A DNA stretch of 64,000 nucleotides from Blastocatellia bacterium (lineage in GTDB: Bacteria; Acidobacteriota; Blastocatellia; UBA7656): positions 192,001 through 256,000 of the forward strand of contig CAVXWP010000006.1 in assembly GCA_963765495.1 (NCBI GenBank). The letters run 5' to 3'. The translations under genes and the position numbers were made by a program. The notes beneath the pieces were generated by a model. The model was not told the DNA's origin, searched no databases, and worked only from the letters and a program-made list of their open reading frames with translations. The stretch's first letter is position 1. Each line of letters starts with the position of its first letter. This document shows positions 20,292 through 30,458 of this stretch, one piece after another.

Positions 20292-20468
20292 ATGCCAAGA
20301 GGAACCTGCCCTGAATGCGACGCCGAAGTTCAGGTGGACGAAGACGTAGACAAAGGCGATGTAGTCGAATGCCTGGATTGCGGTACGGCATTGGAAGTAG
20401 TAGGCCTGGACCCGATAGAGCTTGACGTAGCAATGGAAGAAGAAGAGGAAGACTGGACTGAATCATAA
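20292..20468 (+). CDS. LysW-like zinc-ribbon amino-group carrier protein, 58 aa, non-canonical C-terminus EDWTES
   Basis: CPECDAEV...GDVVECLDCGTALEVVGLDPIEL...EEEEEDWTES. RBS GGAGG at 20277. Confidence 0.8.
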   Translation: MPRGTCPECDAEVQVDEDVDKGDVVECLDCGTALEVVGLDPIELDVAMEEEEEDWTES

Positions 20469-20514
20469 AATCAGTTCTTGTGAATTTGTAAAACTTATTC
20501 CCGACCTTTGAAAT

Positions 20515-20549
20515 AGAAGCTGCCTTTCGAGGTGGCTTCTTCACTTATT
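20515..20549 (+). terminator. Probable intrinsic terminator
   Basis: AGAAGCTGCCT-TTCG-AGGTGGCTTCT hairpin followed by a T-rich tract. Confidence 0.6.
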
Positions 20550-20653
20550 GCGTGCCCGTTTTTTATGCCTCGCATCGCCCGGCGTTTGTCTGTAGCGAGC
20601 GCGCAAGTTAGAATGAGGTTTCACATCCGAAGGTTTGATCAAAGGAAACGGGA

Positions 20654-21055
20654 ATGGGTGAAACCAAAAACGGACAATCCGGAACAAAAGGGCGTAAGCT
20701 GCGCGTGCTCTTCAACTGCCTGAAATGCCCCGCCTACTGTTGCAGCTATGATCGGATAGAAGTTACACGCCACGACATCCTCAGATTGGCCAAACATTTC
20801 GGCCTCACATATAAACAGGCCGAAAAGCGATACACCAAAGTAGCATGGGGCGACCGCGTGCTCCGTCATCGGAAGGATCATATATTCAAGAAGGTCTGTC
20901 AGTTTCTCGATCCTGTGGAGCGGCGTTGCACGATCTATGAGGCCAGACCCGAAGTATGCCGCTCTTATCCCGACAGTTTGCGCTGCGGGTATTATGATTT
21001 TCTCGCATCCGAGCGCCGCCGCCAGTGCGATGATGAATTCATCCCCTCGGCTTGA
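20654..21055 (+). CDS. YkgJ-family cysteine-cluster protein
   Basis: CLKCPAYCC...CQFLD...[16 protein letters not shown]. Confidence 0.9.
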   Translation: MGETKNGQSGTKGRKLRVLFNCLKCPAYCCSYDRIEVTRHDILRLAKHFGLTYKQAEKRYTKVAWGDRVLRHRKDHIFKKVCQFLDPVERRCTIYEARPEVCRSYPDSLRCGYYDFLASERRRQCDDEFIPSA

Positions 21056-21178
21056 TGAGTCTGCCCGCCCGGGCCTACGATCAAATACAATGCCGGGGCA
21101 AACCGCCTGTTATAATCAAAATGCAGGGCTTCGAGCAGGACATTTATCCGGCTGAACTCCGAACGCAGCCGCGACCCT

Positions 21179-22534
21179 ATGAATTCAAAACCGGCAAAAC
21201 CTTCCGTCAGTCCGGCACGTCGCGCCGCATTCGATATACTGCGCCGCGTCGAAAGGGAAGGCGCATATGCTTCTATTCTCATAGCCGCGCTACCCGAGTC
21301 TGACCTGTCGCGCGAAGACCGGGCGCTCGCGCAAGAGATCGCGCTTGGCACGCTCCGTCATCAGAAATCGCTCGATTATTTCATCGAGCGATACTCGCGC
21401 CGTCTGGTCGGGCGGCTGGATTTGCCGGTCCTTGTTGCGCTTCGCATGGGGCTTTATCAACTCCGGTATCTTTCGCGTATCCCTGCCCGGGCTGCGGTCA
21501 ACGAATCGGTCAACATCGTCAAGAACGCGGGCACGCGCTCTGCCGCCGGGATGGTCAATGCCGTGCTGCGCAATGCCGCGCGCCGCCTTGATGAAGAGCC
21601 GGGAAAAGAGATTGCCGACCCTCTTGAGAAACTCTCGGTCGCAGTCTCACACCCGCGATGGATGCTTGAGCGATGGATTGCCCAATTGGGCGAAGAGGCG
21701 GCCCGCGAGCTTGCGCTCGCAAACAACGAGCCGCCGCGCGCCGCCTTCCGCGTAAACACCTTGCTTGCTTCGGAGGATGAGGCGCTCGCCTTGCTACGCT
21801 CAGAAGGAGTAGGGGCGCGGCAATCGGAAATCGCGCCCGGGGCTTTTCTTCTTGAGCGAGGCGGGGCCGCTGCGGCGCTTGAAGCAATCGAAAAAGGATT
21901 GATCTATTTTCAGGATGAGGCATCGCAACTGGTTTCGTTGCTGCTTGAACCTTTGAGGGGCGGCAGCGTGTTGGATCTGTGCGCGGCCCCCGGTTCCAAG
22001 ACCTCTCACATAGCCGCGCTCACAGGCAACGATTGCTGGATCGTAGCCGCAGACATCCACCCGCACAGGCTGGCCGCGCTGAGCGCATCCTGCCGCAGAC
22101 TTGGAGTTGATTGCGTTTCGCCTGTTGCCTTAGACGCTACGTTTGACCTGCCGGTAATCGAAGGCGCGCGCGGGTTTGATCGCGTGCTGATTGATGCGCC
22201 GTGTTCGGGGACGGGCACGCTCAGGCGCAATCCCGAGATCAAGTGGAGGCTCACGCCCCGTGATATTGAGCGGCTGGCAGAAGTGCAGCTGAGCCTGCTC
22301 TCACGCGGCGCAAGAGCGATCACAAGCGGCGGAAGGCTGGTTTACTCGACCTGCTCGATAGAGACCGAAGAGAACGAAAGAGTGATCAATCGCTTCCTCG
22401 AAAGCGGCGCTCCGTTTCGATTGATTCGGCCGGATGCGAATCCCGACCTGATTACCGAAGACGGCATGATGAGGACTTTTCCACATCGTCACGGCGCGGA
22501 CGGTTTTTTCGCCGCCGTGCTCGAAAAGATTTAG
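21179..22534 (+). CDS. rsmB: 16S rRNA (cytosine967-C5)-methyltransferase
   Basis: NusB-like N-domain, SHPRW, QDEASQL, DLCAAPGSKT, DAPCSGTG, YSTCS, DGFF. Confidence 0.95.
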   Translation: MNSKPAKPSVSPARRAAFDILRRVEREGAYASILIAALPESDLSREDRALAQEIALGTLRHQKSLDYFIERYSRRLVGRLDLPVLVALRMGLYQLRYLSRIPARAAVNESVNIVKNAGTRSAAGMVNAVLRNAARRLDEEPGKEIADPLEKLSVAVSHPRWMLERWIAQLGEEAARELALANNEPPRAAFRVNTLLASEDEALALLRSEGVGARQSEIAPGAFLLERGGAAAALEAIEKGLIYFQDEASQLVSLLLEPLRGGSVLDLCAAPGSKTSHIAALTGNDCWIVAADIHPHRLAALSASCRRLGVDCVSPVALDATFDLPVIEGARGFDRVLIDAPCSGTGTLRRNPEIKWRLTPRDIERLAEVQLSLLSRGARAITSGGRLVYSTCSIETEENERVINRFLESGAPFRLIRPDANPDLITEDGMMRTFPHRHGADGFFAAVLEKI

Positions 22535-22642
22535 CTATCAATTTTCGGACGCTTCAATAAAAACGAAGAGGGCGAAAACTCAAAGAGCCGGACATTGAAA
22601 GTCCGGCATCTGGCCGCCTGTCGCCCGGTACAAGGGGAACGC

Positions 22643-23650
22643 ATGAATTTTGACATCTCACTGGCGCTGGAAAGAATCAGGAAGATATATGACGGGTTTA
22701 TACAACAACTGCCGAACATCATACTTGCTCTGATAGTCTTTGTCGCTTTTTATCTGACTGCGAAATTAATCAGGACGACCGTTCGGCGCATCACCGAGCA
22801 GCGGGGCGGGGGGCATTATGCGGGCCTCGCTATTGGGCGGCTGGTTCAAGGTTTCGTCGTGCTGTTGGGCATTTTGATTGCGTTGACAATCGCCCTGCCT
22901 TCGTTCAATCCCGCTGATGTGATTCAATTGCTCGGAATCAGCAGCGTAGCCATCGGGTTTGCCTTTCGCGATATCCTGCAAAATTTTCTGGCCGGGATAC
23001 TGCTCCTGTTTACGCAGCCGTTTCGCATCGGCGATCAAATCGTCACAAGCAACTTTGAAGGCACGGTCGAAGACATTCAAACCCGCGCCACTTTCATAAA
23101 AACCTATGACGGCCGCCGTGTGGTCATTCCAAACGGCGATCTGTTTACCGATAAGGTCATAGTCAACACGGCATACGATAAGCGCCGCGTGGAATACGAC
23201 GTAGGCATAGGTTATGGCGATGACATCGATCGCGCAAAGCAGTTGATACTTGAAGCCCTCAACGCCGTTGAAGGCATATCGAAAGACCCGGCCCCCGATG
23301 CGCTCGTTATGGATCTGGCGGCTTCTTCGGTAAACATCCGCGCTCGATGGTGGATAGATCCTCCGCATCGCGCCGATGCCTTAGACACTCGCGACAAAGT
23401 GTTGACCGCGATCAAAAACAGACTGGTTGAAAACGGAATTGACCTGCCGTTTCCGACTCAACAGATACTCTTTCACGATCAGACGGAAGAGACCGACGGC
23501 GACCGCGCCCGCCAGCGCGAGGGGTGGCCTGCGGGCAAACAGGCCGCGCCGGAATCGCGCAGCATCGCAGGAGCCATAAAGGAAACGGCGGAGGCAGGCA
23601 GATCATCGAGGCCGGATGAGCCTGCGCGGGATATGGAGGTTCGGAAATGA
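22643..23650 (+). CDS. Small-conductance mechanosensitive channel family protein
   Basis: LGISSVAIGFAFRDILQNFLAG, QPFRIGD, DGRRVVIPN, GIDLPFP. Confidence 0.92.
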   Translation: MNFDISLALERIRKIYDGFIQQLPNIILALIVFVAFYLTAKLIRTTVRRITEQRGGGHYAGLAIGRLVQGFVVLLGILIALTIALPSFNPADVIQLLGISSVAIGFAFRDILQNFLAGILLLFTQPFRIGDQIVTSNFEGTVEDIQTRATFIKTYDGRRVVIPNGDLFTDKVIVNTAYDKRRVEYDVGIGYGDDIDRAKQLILEALNAVEGISKDPAPDALVMDLAASSVNIRARWWIDPPHRADALDTRDKVLTAIKNRLVENGIDLPFPTQQILFHDQTEETDGDRARQREGWPAGKQAAPESRSIAGAIKETAEAGRSSRPDEPARDMEVRK

Positions 23651-23901
23651 TGACCTGGCTCGGCAAGCTGTGGGAGAGGTTGAGATCGAGCTATTGGTTC
23701 GTGCCTGCGATCATGACCCTGCCTGCAATCGGGCTCTCGTTTGTGACTATCACGATTGACAACAGGATGAAAGAGAAAGTCGTTGAAAGCCTCGGATGGA
23801 TATGGGCGGGTGGTCCCGAAGGCGGGCGTGAGCTTCTATATCAGGCGGCGGTCAAAGCCATCGAGCAGGGCCATTACCAGAAGGAGGAGGTGCACAGATG
23901 A
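23647..23901 (+). pseudogene. Internally deleted DUF2254-like membrane protein (84 aa remnant)
   Basis: N-terminus LWERLRSSYWFVP...GGPEGGRELL resembles the DUF2254 start, then jumps to YQAAVKAIE. Full-length members are over 400 aa. Confidence 0.65.
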
Positions 23902-24833
23902 AACTAAAGCCCATCTGGGCGATTCTGAAAGATACTTTTTCCGAATGGAATGAGGACAAGGCCCCGCGTCTTGCGGCGGCGCTGGCCTATTACGCGGTCT
24001 TTTCAATCGCGCCGCTGATGGTTGTGGTCATAGCGATAGCGGGCTTTGTATTTGGCCGGGATGCGGCCGAGGGGCAGATCATAAGACAGATTCAAGATAT
24101 AATCGGACCGGTCGCGGCAAAGTCGATACAATCCCTGATCGAAGGCGCGAGCCGACCATCTACGGGCATTCGTGCGACCGTGCTCGGCATAATAATCCTC
24201 TTGTTTGGCGCGACCGGCGTCTTTGGCCAGCTTCAGGACGGCCTGAATACAATATGGGAAGTCGCGCCAAGACCCGGACGCGGCATAATGGGAATCGTCA
24301 AGACCCGGTTTTTGTCGTTCATTATGGTCTTTGGCATAGGGCTGCTGCTATTGTCATCACTCACGGTTAGCGCCGGTATGGTAGCGATTGGCGCTTATCT
24401 GGGCGACCGCGTGCCGGGCTTCGGAATGCTGACGCAGGTCTTGAACTTCGTTATCTCGTTTGCGGTCATTACGCTATTGTTTGCGATGATATTCAAGTTT
24501 CTGCCCGACGTGAAAATCGCCTGGAGCGATGTGTGGATAGGAGCCGCCGCCACCGCGTTGCTGTTTACTCTGGGCAGCTTATTGATCGGCATCTATCTGG
24601 GCTACAGCAAAGTCGCATCGGTTTATGGGGCAGCCGGGTCGCTCGTCATCCTGCTGCTGTGGGTTTACTATTCGGCGCAGATACTCTTTCTGGGTGCTGA
24701 GTTCACACAGGTCTACGCCAACAGATACGGAACGCGCTTTGAGCCGACAAGAGATGCGGTAGCGATGACGGAAGAGGCGCGAGCGGAGCAGGGCATCCCT
24801 CACACCGAAGAGATCGAAGCTCGGAAGGAATAG
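23898..24833 (+). CDS. YihY/virulence factor BrkB family membrane protein
   Basis: RLAAALAYYAVFSIAP, LQDGLNTIW, YGAAGSLVILLLWVYYSAQILFLGAEF. Confidence 0.93.
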   Translation: MKLKPIWAILKDTFSEWNEDKAPRLAAALAYYAVFSIAPLMVVVIAIAGFVFGRDAAEGQIIRQIQDIIGPVAAKSIQSLIEGASRPSTGIRATVLGIIILLFGATGVFGQLQDGLNTIWEVAPRPGRGIMGIVKTRFLSFIMVFGIGLLLLSSLTVSAGMVAIGAYLGDRVPGFGMLTQVLNFVISFAVITLLFAMIFKFLPDVKIAWSDVWIGAAATALLFTLGSLLIGIYLGYSKVASVYGAAGSLVILLLWVYYSAQILFLGAEFTQVYANRYGTRFEPTRDAVAMTEEARAEQGIPHTEEIEARKE

Positions 24834-24836
24834 CTT

Positions 24837-24891
24837 TTGACAGGATTGACAGGATTAGATTTGATTAACAGGATTCTCCTTTGATCCTGTC
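24837..24891. repeat. Nonamer palindrome (GACAGGATT)n...GATCCTGTC
   Basis: TTGACAGGATTGACAGGATTAGATTTGATTAACAGGATT is homologous to the 19257-19330 element. Right arm is short. Confidence 0.75.
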
Positions 24892-24907
24892 TGCGCATCG
24901 CGAAGGT

Positions 24908-25873
24908 TTGACTTTGAAAGAACAGATTGCACTTAAAGATATTGAAAACGCCGCTGAGCGAATCTCTACCATCGCGCGCCGCACGCCGCTTGAACGATCG
25001 CGATGGCTTTCTGACAGAGCGCGCGACGTATCGCTCAAGCTCGAATGTTTTCAGGCTACGGGGTCGTTCAAGCTTCGCGGGGCCACGGCTCGCCTCTCCC
25101 GGCTGACCGAAGATGAAAAAGCGCGAGGCGTGTTGACGGTTTCGGCGGGCAATCACGGTCTGGGCGTCGCCCTTTGCGCCGAGGCTCTCGGCATCCCCGC
25201 CACAATAGTCGTGCCTCTGTCGGCATCACGCGCAAAGGTAGAGGCCCTCCGGCGTTATCCGGTCACGCTTATAGAGCGCGGGGCCGGTTATGACGAGGCC
25301 GAGCGGGAGGCGCGCAAGTTAGAGCATGAAGACGGAGCGATTTTCGTCTCGCCCTACAACGACCCGGAGGTGATTGCCGGTCAGGGCACAATCGGTTTGG
25401 AAATCCTTCAAGACGATCCGCAGATTGACGCGATAATAGTTCCCGTAGGCGGTGGCGGTCTTATAGCGGGCATCCTGATAGCCGCAAAAGCGATAAAGCC
25501 GGATGTAAAGGTTTACGGCGTGGAACCGCTCGCTTCACCGACCATGACACGGTCGCTCGAAGCCGGTAGCCTCGTTGAAATCGAAGAAGACGAAACCATC
25601 GCCGATGGCCTCGCGGGAAATATCGAGCCCGGCTCGATCACCTTCCCAATAGTCCAGCGACTCATAGACGATATTATTCTGGTGAGCGAAGACTCGATTC
25701 GCGAGAGCATTCGTCGAGTCGCAAGCGAAGATCACATTATGATCGAAGGATCGTCTGCGGCTGCGGTCGCGGCGCTCGATGATGCTCGAATAACAGGCCG
25801 CCGGATCGCCGCCGTAATCACAGGCCGAAATATCAGCCTCGACCTCTTCAAAAGCGTGATGCGTGATCCGTGA
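24908..25873 (+). CDS. PLP-dependent threonine/serine dehydratase (no ACT domain)
   Basis: KLECFQATGSFKLRG, SAGNHG, AGQGTIGLEI, PVGGGGL, TIADGL. Start uncertain (TTG 24908 or 24914). Confidence 0.9.
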   Translation: MTLKEQIALKDIENAAERISTIARRTPLERSRWLSDRARDVSLKLECFQATGSFKLRGATARLSRLTEDEKARGVLTVSAGNHGLGVALCAEALGIPATIVVPLSASRAKVEALRRYPVTLIERGAGYDEAEREARKLEHEDGAIFVSPYNDPEVIAGQGTIGLEILQDDPQIDAIIVPVGGGGLIAGILIAAKAIKPDVKVYGVEPLASPTMTRSLEAGSLVEIEEDETIADGLAGNIEPGSITFPIVQRLIDDIILVSEDSIRESIRRVASEDHIMIEGSSAAAVAALDDARITGRRIAAVITGRNISLDLFKSVMRDP

Positions 25874-25935
25874 TTTAGCAGGCATGGAAGCGGCCTTTAT
25901 CAGCCAATATTTTTGAAAATCACGGATCACGCTTC
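25854..25935. repeat. Heptamer palindrome (GCGTGAT)n...(ATCACGS)n supplying stop codons of both convergent genes
   Basis: 25870-25931 aligns ungapped to 2475-2536 at 48/62 identity. Confidence 0.85.
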
Positions 25936-26631
25936 ATCGAGCGCATAGCTTAAAGGGTCACGCGCCCCGGCCTCGGCAAAACCTTTCAATCGAAGCAGAC
26001 AGCTATCGCAATTGCCACAGGCCAGGCCCTCCGCAGTCGGATCATAACAACTGTGCGTGAGCGCGTAGTCTACGCCGAGCCGAAGCCCTGTCTTTATGAT
26101 CTCCGCCTTCGTCATCGAAATCAGAGGCGTATGAATCTTGAGCCTGAGCCGGTCTTCAACGCCCGCTTTCGTGGCGAGGTTTGCCATTCGCTCAAACGCT
26201 TCGATGTACTCGGGCCGGCAATCGGGGTAGCCGCTGTAATCGAGCGCGTTTACGCCTATGAAGATGTCTTCGGCTTCAAGCACTTCGGCCCACCCGAGCG
26301 CGAATGAAAGAAAGATCGTGTTGCGCGCAGGCACATAGGTCACGGGGATGGCCGCGTTCATCTCCGCTTCCGCGCGACCCTTCGGCACCTCTATCTCATC
26401 GGTCAGCGCCGACCCTCCGATTGCGCGCAGATCGATATCCACGATAAGGTGGCGCGCTACGCCGAAGGCTTCGGCCACACGCACCGCGCTTTCAAGCTCT
26501 ACGGCGTGACGCTGCCCGTAGCGAAACGACATAGCGTAGACTCCGTACCCTTCTGATTGCGCGATTGCGAGCGCAGTGGTCGAATCCAACCCGCCGCTGA
26601 GCAGTGCGACCGCCCTTTTCTCTTCTGCCAT
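25927..26631 (-). CDS. queC: 7-cyano-7-deazaguanine synthase
   Basis: [33 protein letters not shown]...CGNCDSC. True start is ATG 26631; the 494-aa ORF is over-extended. Confidence 0.96.
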   Translation of the reverse strand: MAEEKRAVALLSGGLDSTTALAIAQSEGYGVYAMSFRYGQRHAVELESAVRVAEAFGVARHLIVDIDLRAIGGSALTDEIEVPKGRAEAEMNAAIPVTYVPARNTIFLSFALGWAEVLEAEDIFIGVNALDYSGYPDCRPEYIEAFERMANLATKAGVEDRLRLKIHTPLISMTKAEIIKTGLRLGVDYALTHSCYDPTAEGLACGNCDSCLLRLKGFAEAGARDPLSYALDEA

Positions 26632-26724
26632 CGTCTGAGTCTCCATTTGAGTTATCGCATCAACGTGCCGAAGGTTCAATCTTACTACAGCCGCGCTGCC
26701 CGCTCGTGATAATCTTCTGAAAAC

Positions 26725-27792
26725 ATGAGCTATCAGCTTTATCATCACAATCGCAACTACGGCTGCCGCATAACCGAGTTCATCTATGAAGGCTATCGCG
26801 CGGTGGCGATGGAAAACGAAAAGCTGCGCGTCACGATCATCGCGGACAAAGGCGCTGACATTTACGAATTCCTGTACAAACCCCGCGATGTCGATTTTCT
26901 CTGGCGCACGCGTACGGGCCTGCGCCCGCCTGCGCATTTCATCCCCACAAGCGCGCGCGCCTCGGGCTCGCACGCGGATTATTATGAAGGCGGCTGGCAG
27001 GAGTTGTTTCCAAATTGCGGCAACCTGTCCGTGCATCAGGGCGCTGAAATCGGCCAGCACGGCGAAGTGCTTCTGCTGCCGTGGCGATACACGATCACAA
27101 AAGACGATCCCGACGAGATCGAAATTCGTTTTGAGGTCCGCACGGTTCGCACCCCGTTTTATCTGAGTAAGACGATGAGGCTCGGGCGGGGCGAGGCGGC
27201 GCTCAAAATCTCGGAGCGCGTAACAAATGAGGGCGGGCAAATCGTGGATTTCACGTGGGGGCATCATCCGGCGCTCGGGTGGCCTTTTCTGGATGAAAGC
27301 TGCCGCCTGCATCTGCCCGATTGCCGCATCCGCACCTTTGCCGAATACACTTCGGCAACCTCTCGCCTGAAAGCGGATCAAGAGAGTCAGTGGCCGCTGG
27401 CCGAAGGGCACAGGGGCGATGTTATAGATTTATCGCGCATCCCCGGCCCGGAAGTGGCGGCGCAGGATATGGTCTTTCTCGAAGGACTCTCGGACGGATG
27501 GTACGCCGTGACAAACGCAAATCTGAGGATAGGGTTTGGGCTGCGCTATCCGGCTGAGGTGTTCAAGTTTTTGTGGTACTGGCAGGTCTTTCGCGGCGGG
27601 CGTGATTATCCCTGGTGGAGCGCGACCTATAACATTGCGCTCGAACCCTGCGCCACTCTCCCGGTGCTCCGGCGGGCGGTAGAGCGCGGCGAGGCGTTGA
27701 GCCTTCAATCGGGTGAAAGCCGCGAAATCGAATTGCTGGCCGCGGCAATCGAGAATTTGGATGATGTCGATATGGTGATACGTGATGCGTGA
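26725..27792 (+). CDS. Aldose 1-epimerase / galactose mutarotase-like protein
   Basis: [21 protein letters not shown] motifs. Confidence 0.85.
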   Translation: MSYQLYHHNRNYGCRITEFIYEGYRAVAMENEKLRVTIIADKGADIYEFLYKPRDVDFLWRTRTGLRPPAHFIPTSARASGSHADYYEGGWQELFPNCGNLSVHQGAEIGQHGEVLLLPWRYTITKDDPDEIEIRFEVRTVRTPFYLSKTMRLGRGEAALKISERVTNEGGQIVDFTWGHHPALGWPFLDESCRLHLPDCRIRTFAEYTSATSRLKADQESQWPLAEGHRGDVIDLSRIPGPEVAAQDMVFLEGLSDGWYAVTNANLRIGFGLRYPAEVFKFLWYWQVFRGGRDYPWWSATYNIALEPCATLPVLRRAVERGEALSLQSGESREIELLAAAIENLDDVDMVIRDA

Positions 27793-27874
27793 TGCGTGAT
27801 TATTGCAAGAAATTGGGAGCACGAGTCATCTGCCTGAAAATCACGCATCACGCATCACGTATCACGCATCACGG
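27775..27874. repeat. Heptamer palindrome (GTGATGC)n...(GCATCAC)n supplying stop codons of both convergent genes
   Basis: 4 units on the left (27775-27802) and 5 on the right (27838-27872). Shares the inner boundary TGAAAATCACG with the 2435 and 25854 copies. Confidence 0.9.
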
Positions 27875-28939
27875 CTTCGATTGTTTGAGCCGGTCGATGG
27901 AAGCGCGAGCCGTTTCGTCGTGGCGACCCGATGCTTCATATGCCTGTTGATAGGCCGCAAGCGCCTTGTCGGGCTGGTTGTCGCTCTCATAAACATAACC
28001 CAGTTCCAAAAGCGCCGCCGTATTTGTGGGCGCGAGCTTGACCGATTGCGCGAGCGCCTCGGCTGCCGGTTTCCACTGCGAAGAGCGAGAAAATGCAAGA
28101 CCCGCGTTATACCACGCGGCGCTTGAATCCTGATGCGCGCGGGCGTATTTGTCGAGAAACGGCGCGGCCTTCGCGTACTGCTTGTCGAGCAGATAGCCTT
28201 GCCCGAGCAGGCTCCAGGCTTGCTCGGTATTATCGACCGCTACCAGCCGCTCGCCTACCGCGATTGCCTGCTTCAACATCGCGGGATTCTGTTTCCACCC
28301 GGCCAGATAGATGCTGCCAAGCAGAGAGAGCGAATCCCTGTCTTTTGCATTGATCGCCAGCGCCTGATTGAGCGCCGTTATAGCCTGGTCGTCGTGGTTC
28401 AGCTTGTAGTGGGCATAGGCTATGTAATAGTAGTTGTTTGTATCGGTCTTCATCTCGGCGGCAGCCGAGGTGAGCGGCGAGATCGCTTCGTTGTATTTGT
28501 TTGTGAAGATAAAGGAACGACCCAGCGCGGCGCGGGCTGTTGGGTCAATTTTCAGCTTCAGCCTGTCTGAAAGCGTGATGTAGTTTGAGAGCGCCGGTAT
28601 GGCCTTGTCGTATTGCTTCAATTGATACTCGGAAAATCCTATGTAGTAATAGCCCGTCACCTGCGACTTCTCATCCTTTTCAGCGCCCTTTACGTAATTC
28701 TGAAAGGCATCTATTGAGTCTTCATACCCTTGCAACTGATAATGACTGGCTCCTATGTAAAACCACGCCTGCCAGTAATCGGGGTTAGCCTTCAACACGG
28801 CGTGGAATTCGCTTATGGCGGGCCGGTATTGCTTCTGGTTGTAGAGCGAGACGCCCTTATCCCAATCCTGCGCGAGCGCGGGCAAAGCGCCCACCAGAAG
28901 TATCACTAAAGCGACGGTTACGTAAAATCTCTTAATCAT
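27869..28939 (-). CDS. Secreted tetratricopeptide repeat protein
   Basis: Signal peptide MIKRF...ALA and multiple TPR units (AWFYIG..YQ, AWYNAG.AF). Confidence 0.9.
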   Translation of the reverse strand: MIKRFYVTVALVILLVGALPALAQDWDKGVSLYNQKQYRPAISEFHAVLKANPDYWQAWFYIGASHYQLQGYEDSIDAFQNYVKGAEKDEKSQVTGYYYIGFSEYQLKQYDKAIPALSNYITLSDRLKLKIDPTARAALGRSFIFTNKYNEAISPLTSAAAEMKTDTNNYYYIAYAHYKLNHDDQAITALNQALAINAKDRDSLSLLGSIYLAGWKQNPAMLKQAIAVGERLVAVDNTEQAWSLLGQGYLLDKQYAKAAPFLDKYARAHQDSSAAWYNAGLAFSRSSQWKPAAEALAQSVKLAPTNTAALLELGYVYESDNQPDKALAAYQQAYEASGRHDETARASIDRLKQSKP

Positions 28940-29318
28940 CGGAACTTCTCCATCTTGAGGCTTCGGAAAAAATCGACCTCCTAACGAATTCAATTTGAAT
29001 GTATCGCCGCTCAAGGGGGCAGCTTGTGAGTTGATCTCTTTCAGACGACTCCATGCGGTAACATCCTATCAAAGACGTTATAGCCAATCTTTTAACATCT
29101 TAATCGCCTGCGCGCCGGGGCACAAGACACTGCATACTCGATTCAGCTATTGAGATGTCGAAGAGGCGGGGCTCAGGTTGCCTGATTCTTTTTAATGTGC
29201 GAACAATTGCCGGGAAGTGCGGCTTGCCAACACTCTGCCGGATAAAGCAGAATACCAGAGGCGCTGTGACGGGATGGATGCCACCTGTACATAAATATCA
29301 ATTGAAAATGAGGTCGAA

Positions 29319-30371
29319 ATGAAATCAGAATCAGATATTTTAATGCGGGCGCTCGCGGTGTGCGCGCTGGCGCTCACGATGGCTGCCGGAGGCTCGGTCT
29401 TTGGCCGGGCGGCGGGGCACTCCGGCGCAGAGACCGGGTCGCCGCAATCCAAGGATAAACCGGCCCAGATTTCTAAAGAAGAGATCGAAGCCGGACAGAA
29501 GATCGAAGCCGCTCCTGATGTCGCGACAAAGCTTCAACTGGCCGAAGAGTTCGCAAAGAAATATCCCAAGAGCACAAAGCTGCATGATGTAGCCGGTTAC
29601 GTGGCATCGCAAGTGGCTCAACTTGAGGATCAGGCGCAGATGATGACGCTTTCTGAGAAATACCTGACCGTCTTCCCGGATACGAAGGAAGCCTCTGTCA
29701 TCCGCACAAACCTGATGACCGCGTATGTAAAAGCCGGCAAAGTAGACGAGGCTTTCAGTCTGGCTGCGGCTTTTTTGCAAAAGCAACCTGCTGATATACC
29801 CGTGCTGACTCAGATGGCGCTTGTCGGGGCCGATCAGATAAAACAGAACAACCCGAAGTACCTGCAACAGACCCAGACCTACGGCGCGAAAGCCATACAG
29901 TTGATCGAAGCCGGGCAGAAGCCCGAAGGCTTGACCGACGAGCAATGGGCCGAGTATCAGAATCACTGGTTGCCGCAGCTTTATTACTCTATGGGATTTC
30001 TTTCGCTCGTCACTGGAAAGACCGATGAAGCGAAGATGAAGGCCGAAAAGGCGCTGACGCTAAACCCGAACGAACCGCTCAATTACATGCTGGTTGGCTA
30101 TATCCTGAATCAGGAATATCAACAACTGGCTGAGAAATATAAAGGCATGCCGGACGGCGCGGGCAAAGACGAGACGCTCAAACAGGCGCAGGCAAAGCTT
30201 GATGACGTCATAGATAAATACGCGCATATGGTGGGTCTGGCCGAAGGCGACACGAGATATGATCAGATTCGCGAGCAGGTTAGCCAGGACCTTGAAGCCT
30301 ATTATAAATATCGTCACAACGGCTCGACCGATGGTTTGCGCGCCATGATTGATAAATACAAAAAGCCGTGA
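29319..30371 (+). CDS. Secreted TPR-like helical repeat protein
   Basis: Signal peptide, EEFAKKYPKS, KALTLNPNEPLNYMLVG, C-terminal YYKYRHNGSTDGL. Confidence 0.85.
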   Translation: MKSESDILMRALAVCALALTMAAGGSVFGRAAGHSGAETGSPQSKDKPAQISKEEIEAGQKIEAAPDVATKLQLAEEFAKKYPKSTKLHDVAGYVASQVAQLEDQAQMMTLSEKYLTVFPDTKEASVIRTNLMTAYVKAGKVDEAFSLAAAFLQKQPADIPVLTQMALVGADQIKQNNPKYLQQTQTYGAKAIQLIEAGQKPEGLTDEQWAEYQNHWLPQLYYSMGFLSLVTGKTDEAKMKAEKALTLNPNEPLNYMLVGYILNQEYQQLAEKYKGMPDGAGKDETLKQAQAKLDDVIDKYAHMVGLAEGDTRYDQIREQVSQDLEAYYKYRHNGSTDGLRAMIDKYKKP

Positions 30372-30458
30372 GGAATTTCTGTGGCGGCGGGCGGGCAGGT
30401 TTCAGGTCGTTTTTGAACCTCAAGCGCCCGCCTTACTCTTCCCCGGCAGACTCTAATT

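Noticed and set aside
19603-20544. 313-aa minus-strand ORF
   Set aside because: Antisense to two well-supported plus-strand genes.
26632-27411. Apparent 260-aa N-terminal extension or fusion on QueC
   Set aside because: It is the antisense of the divergent epimerase gene. QueC has its own ATG and RBS at 26631.
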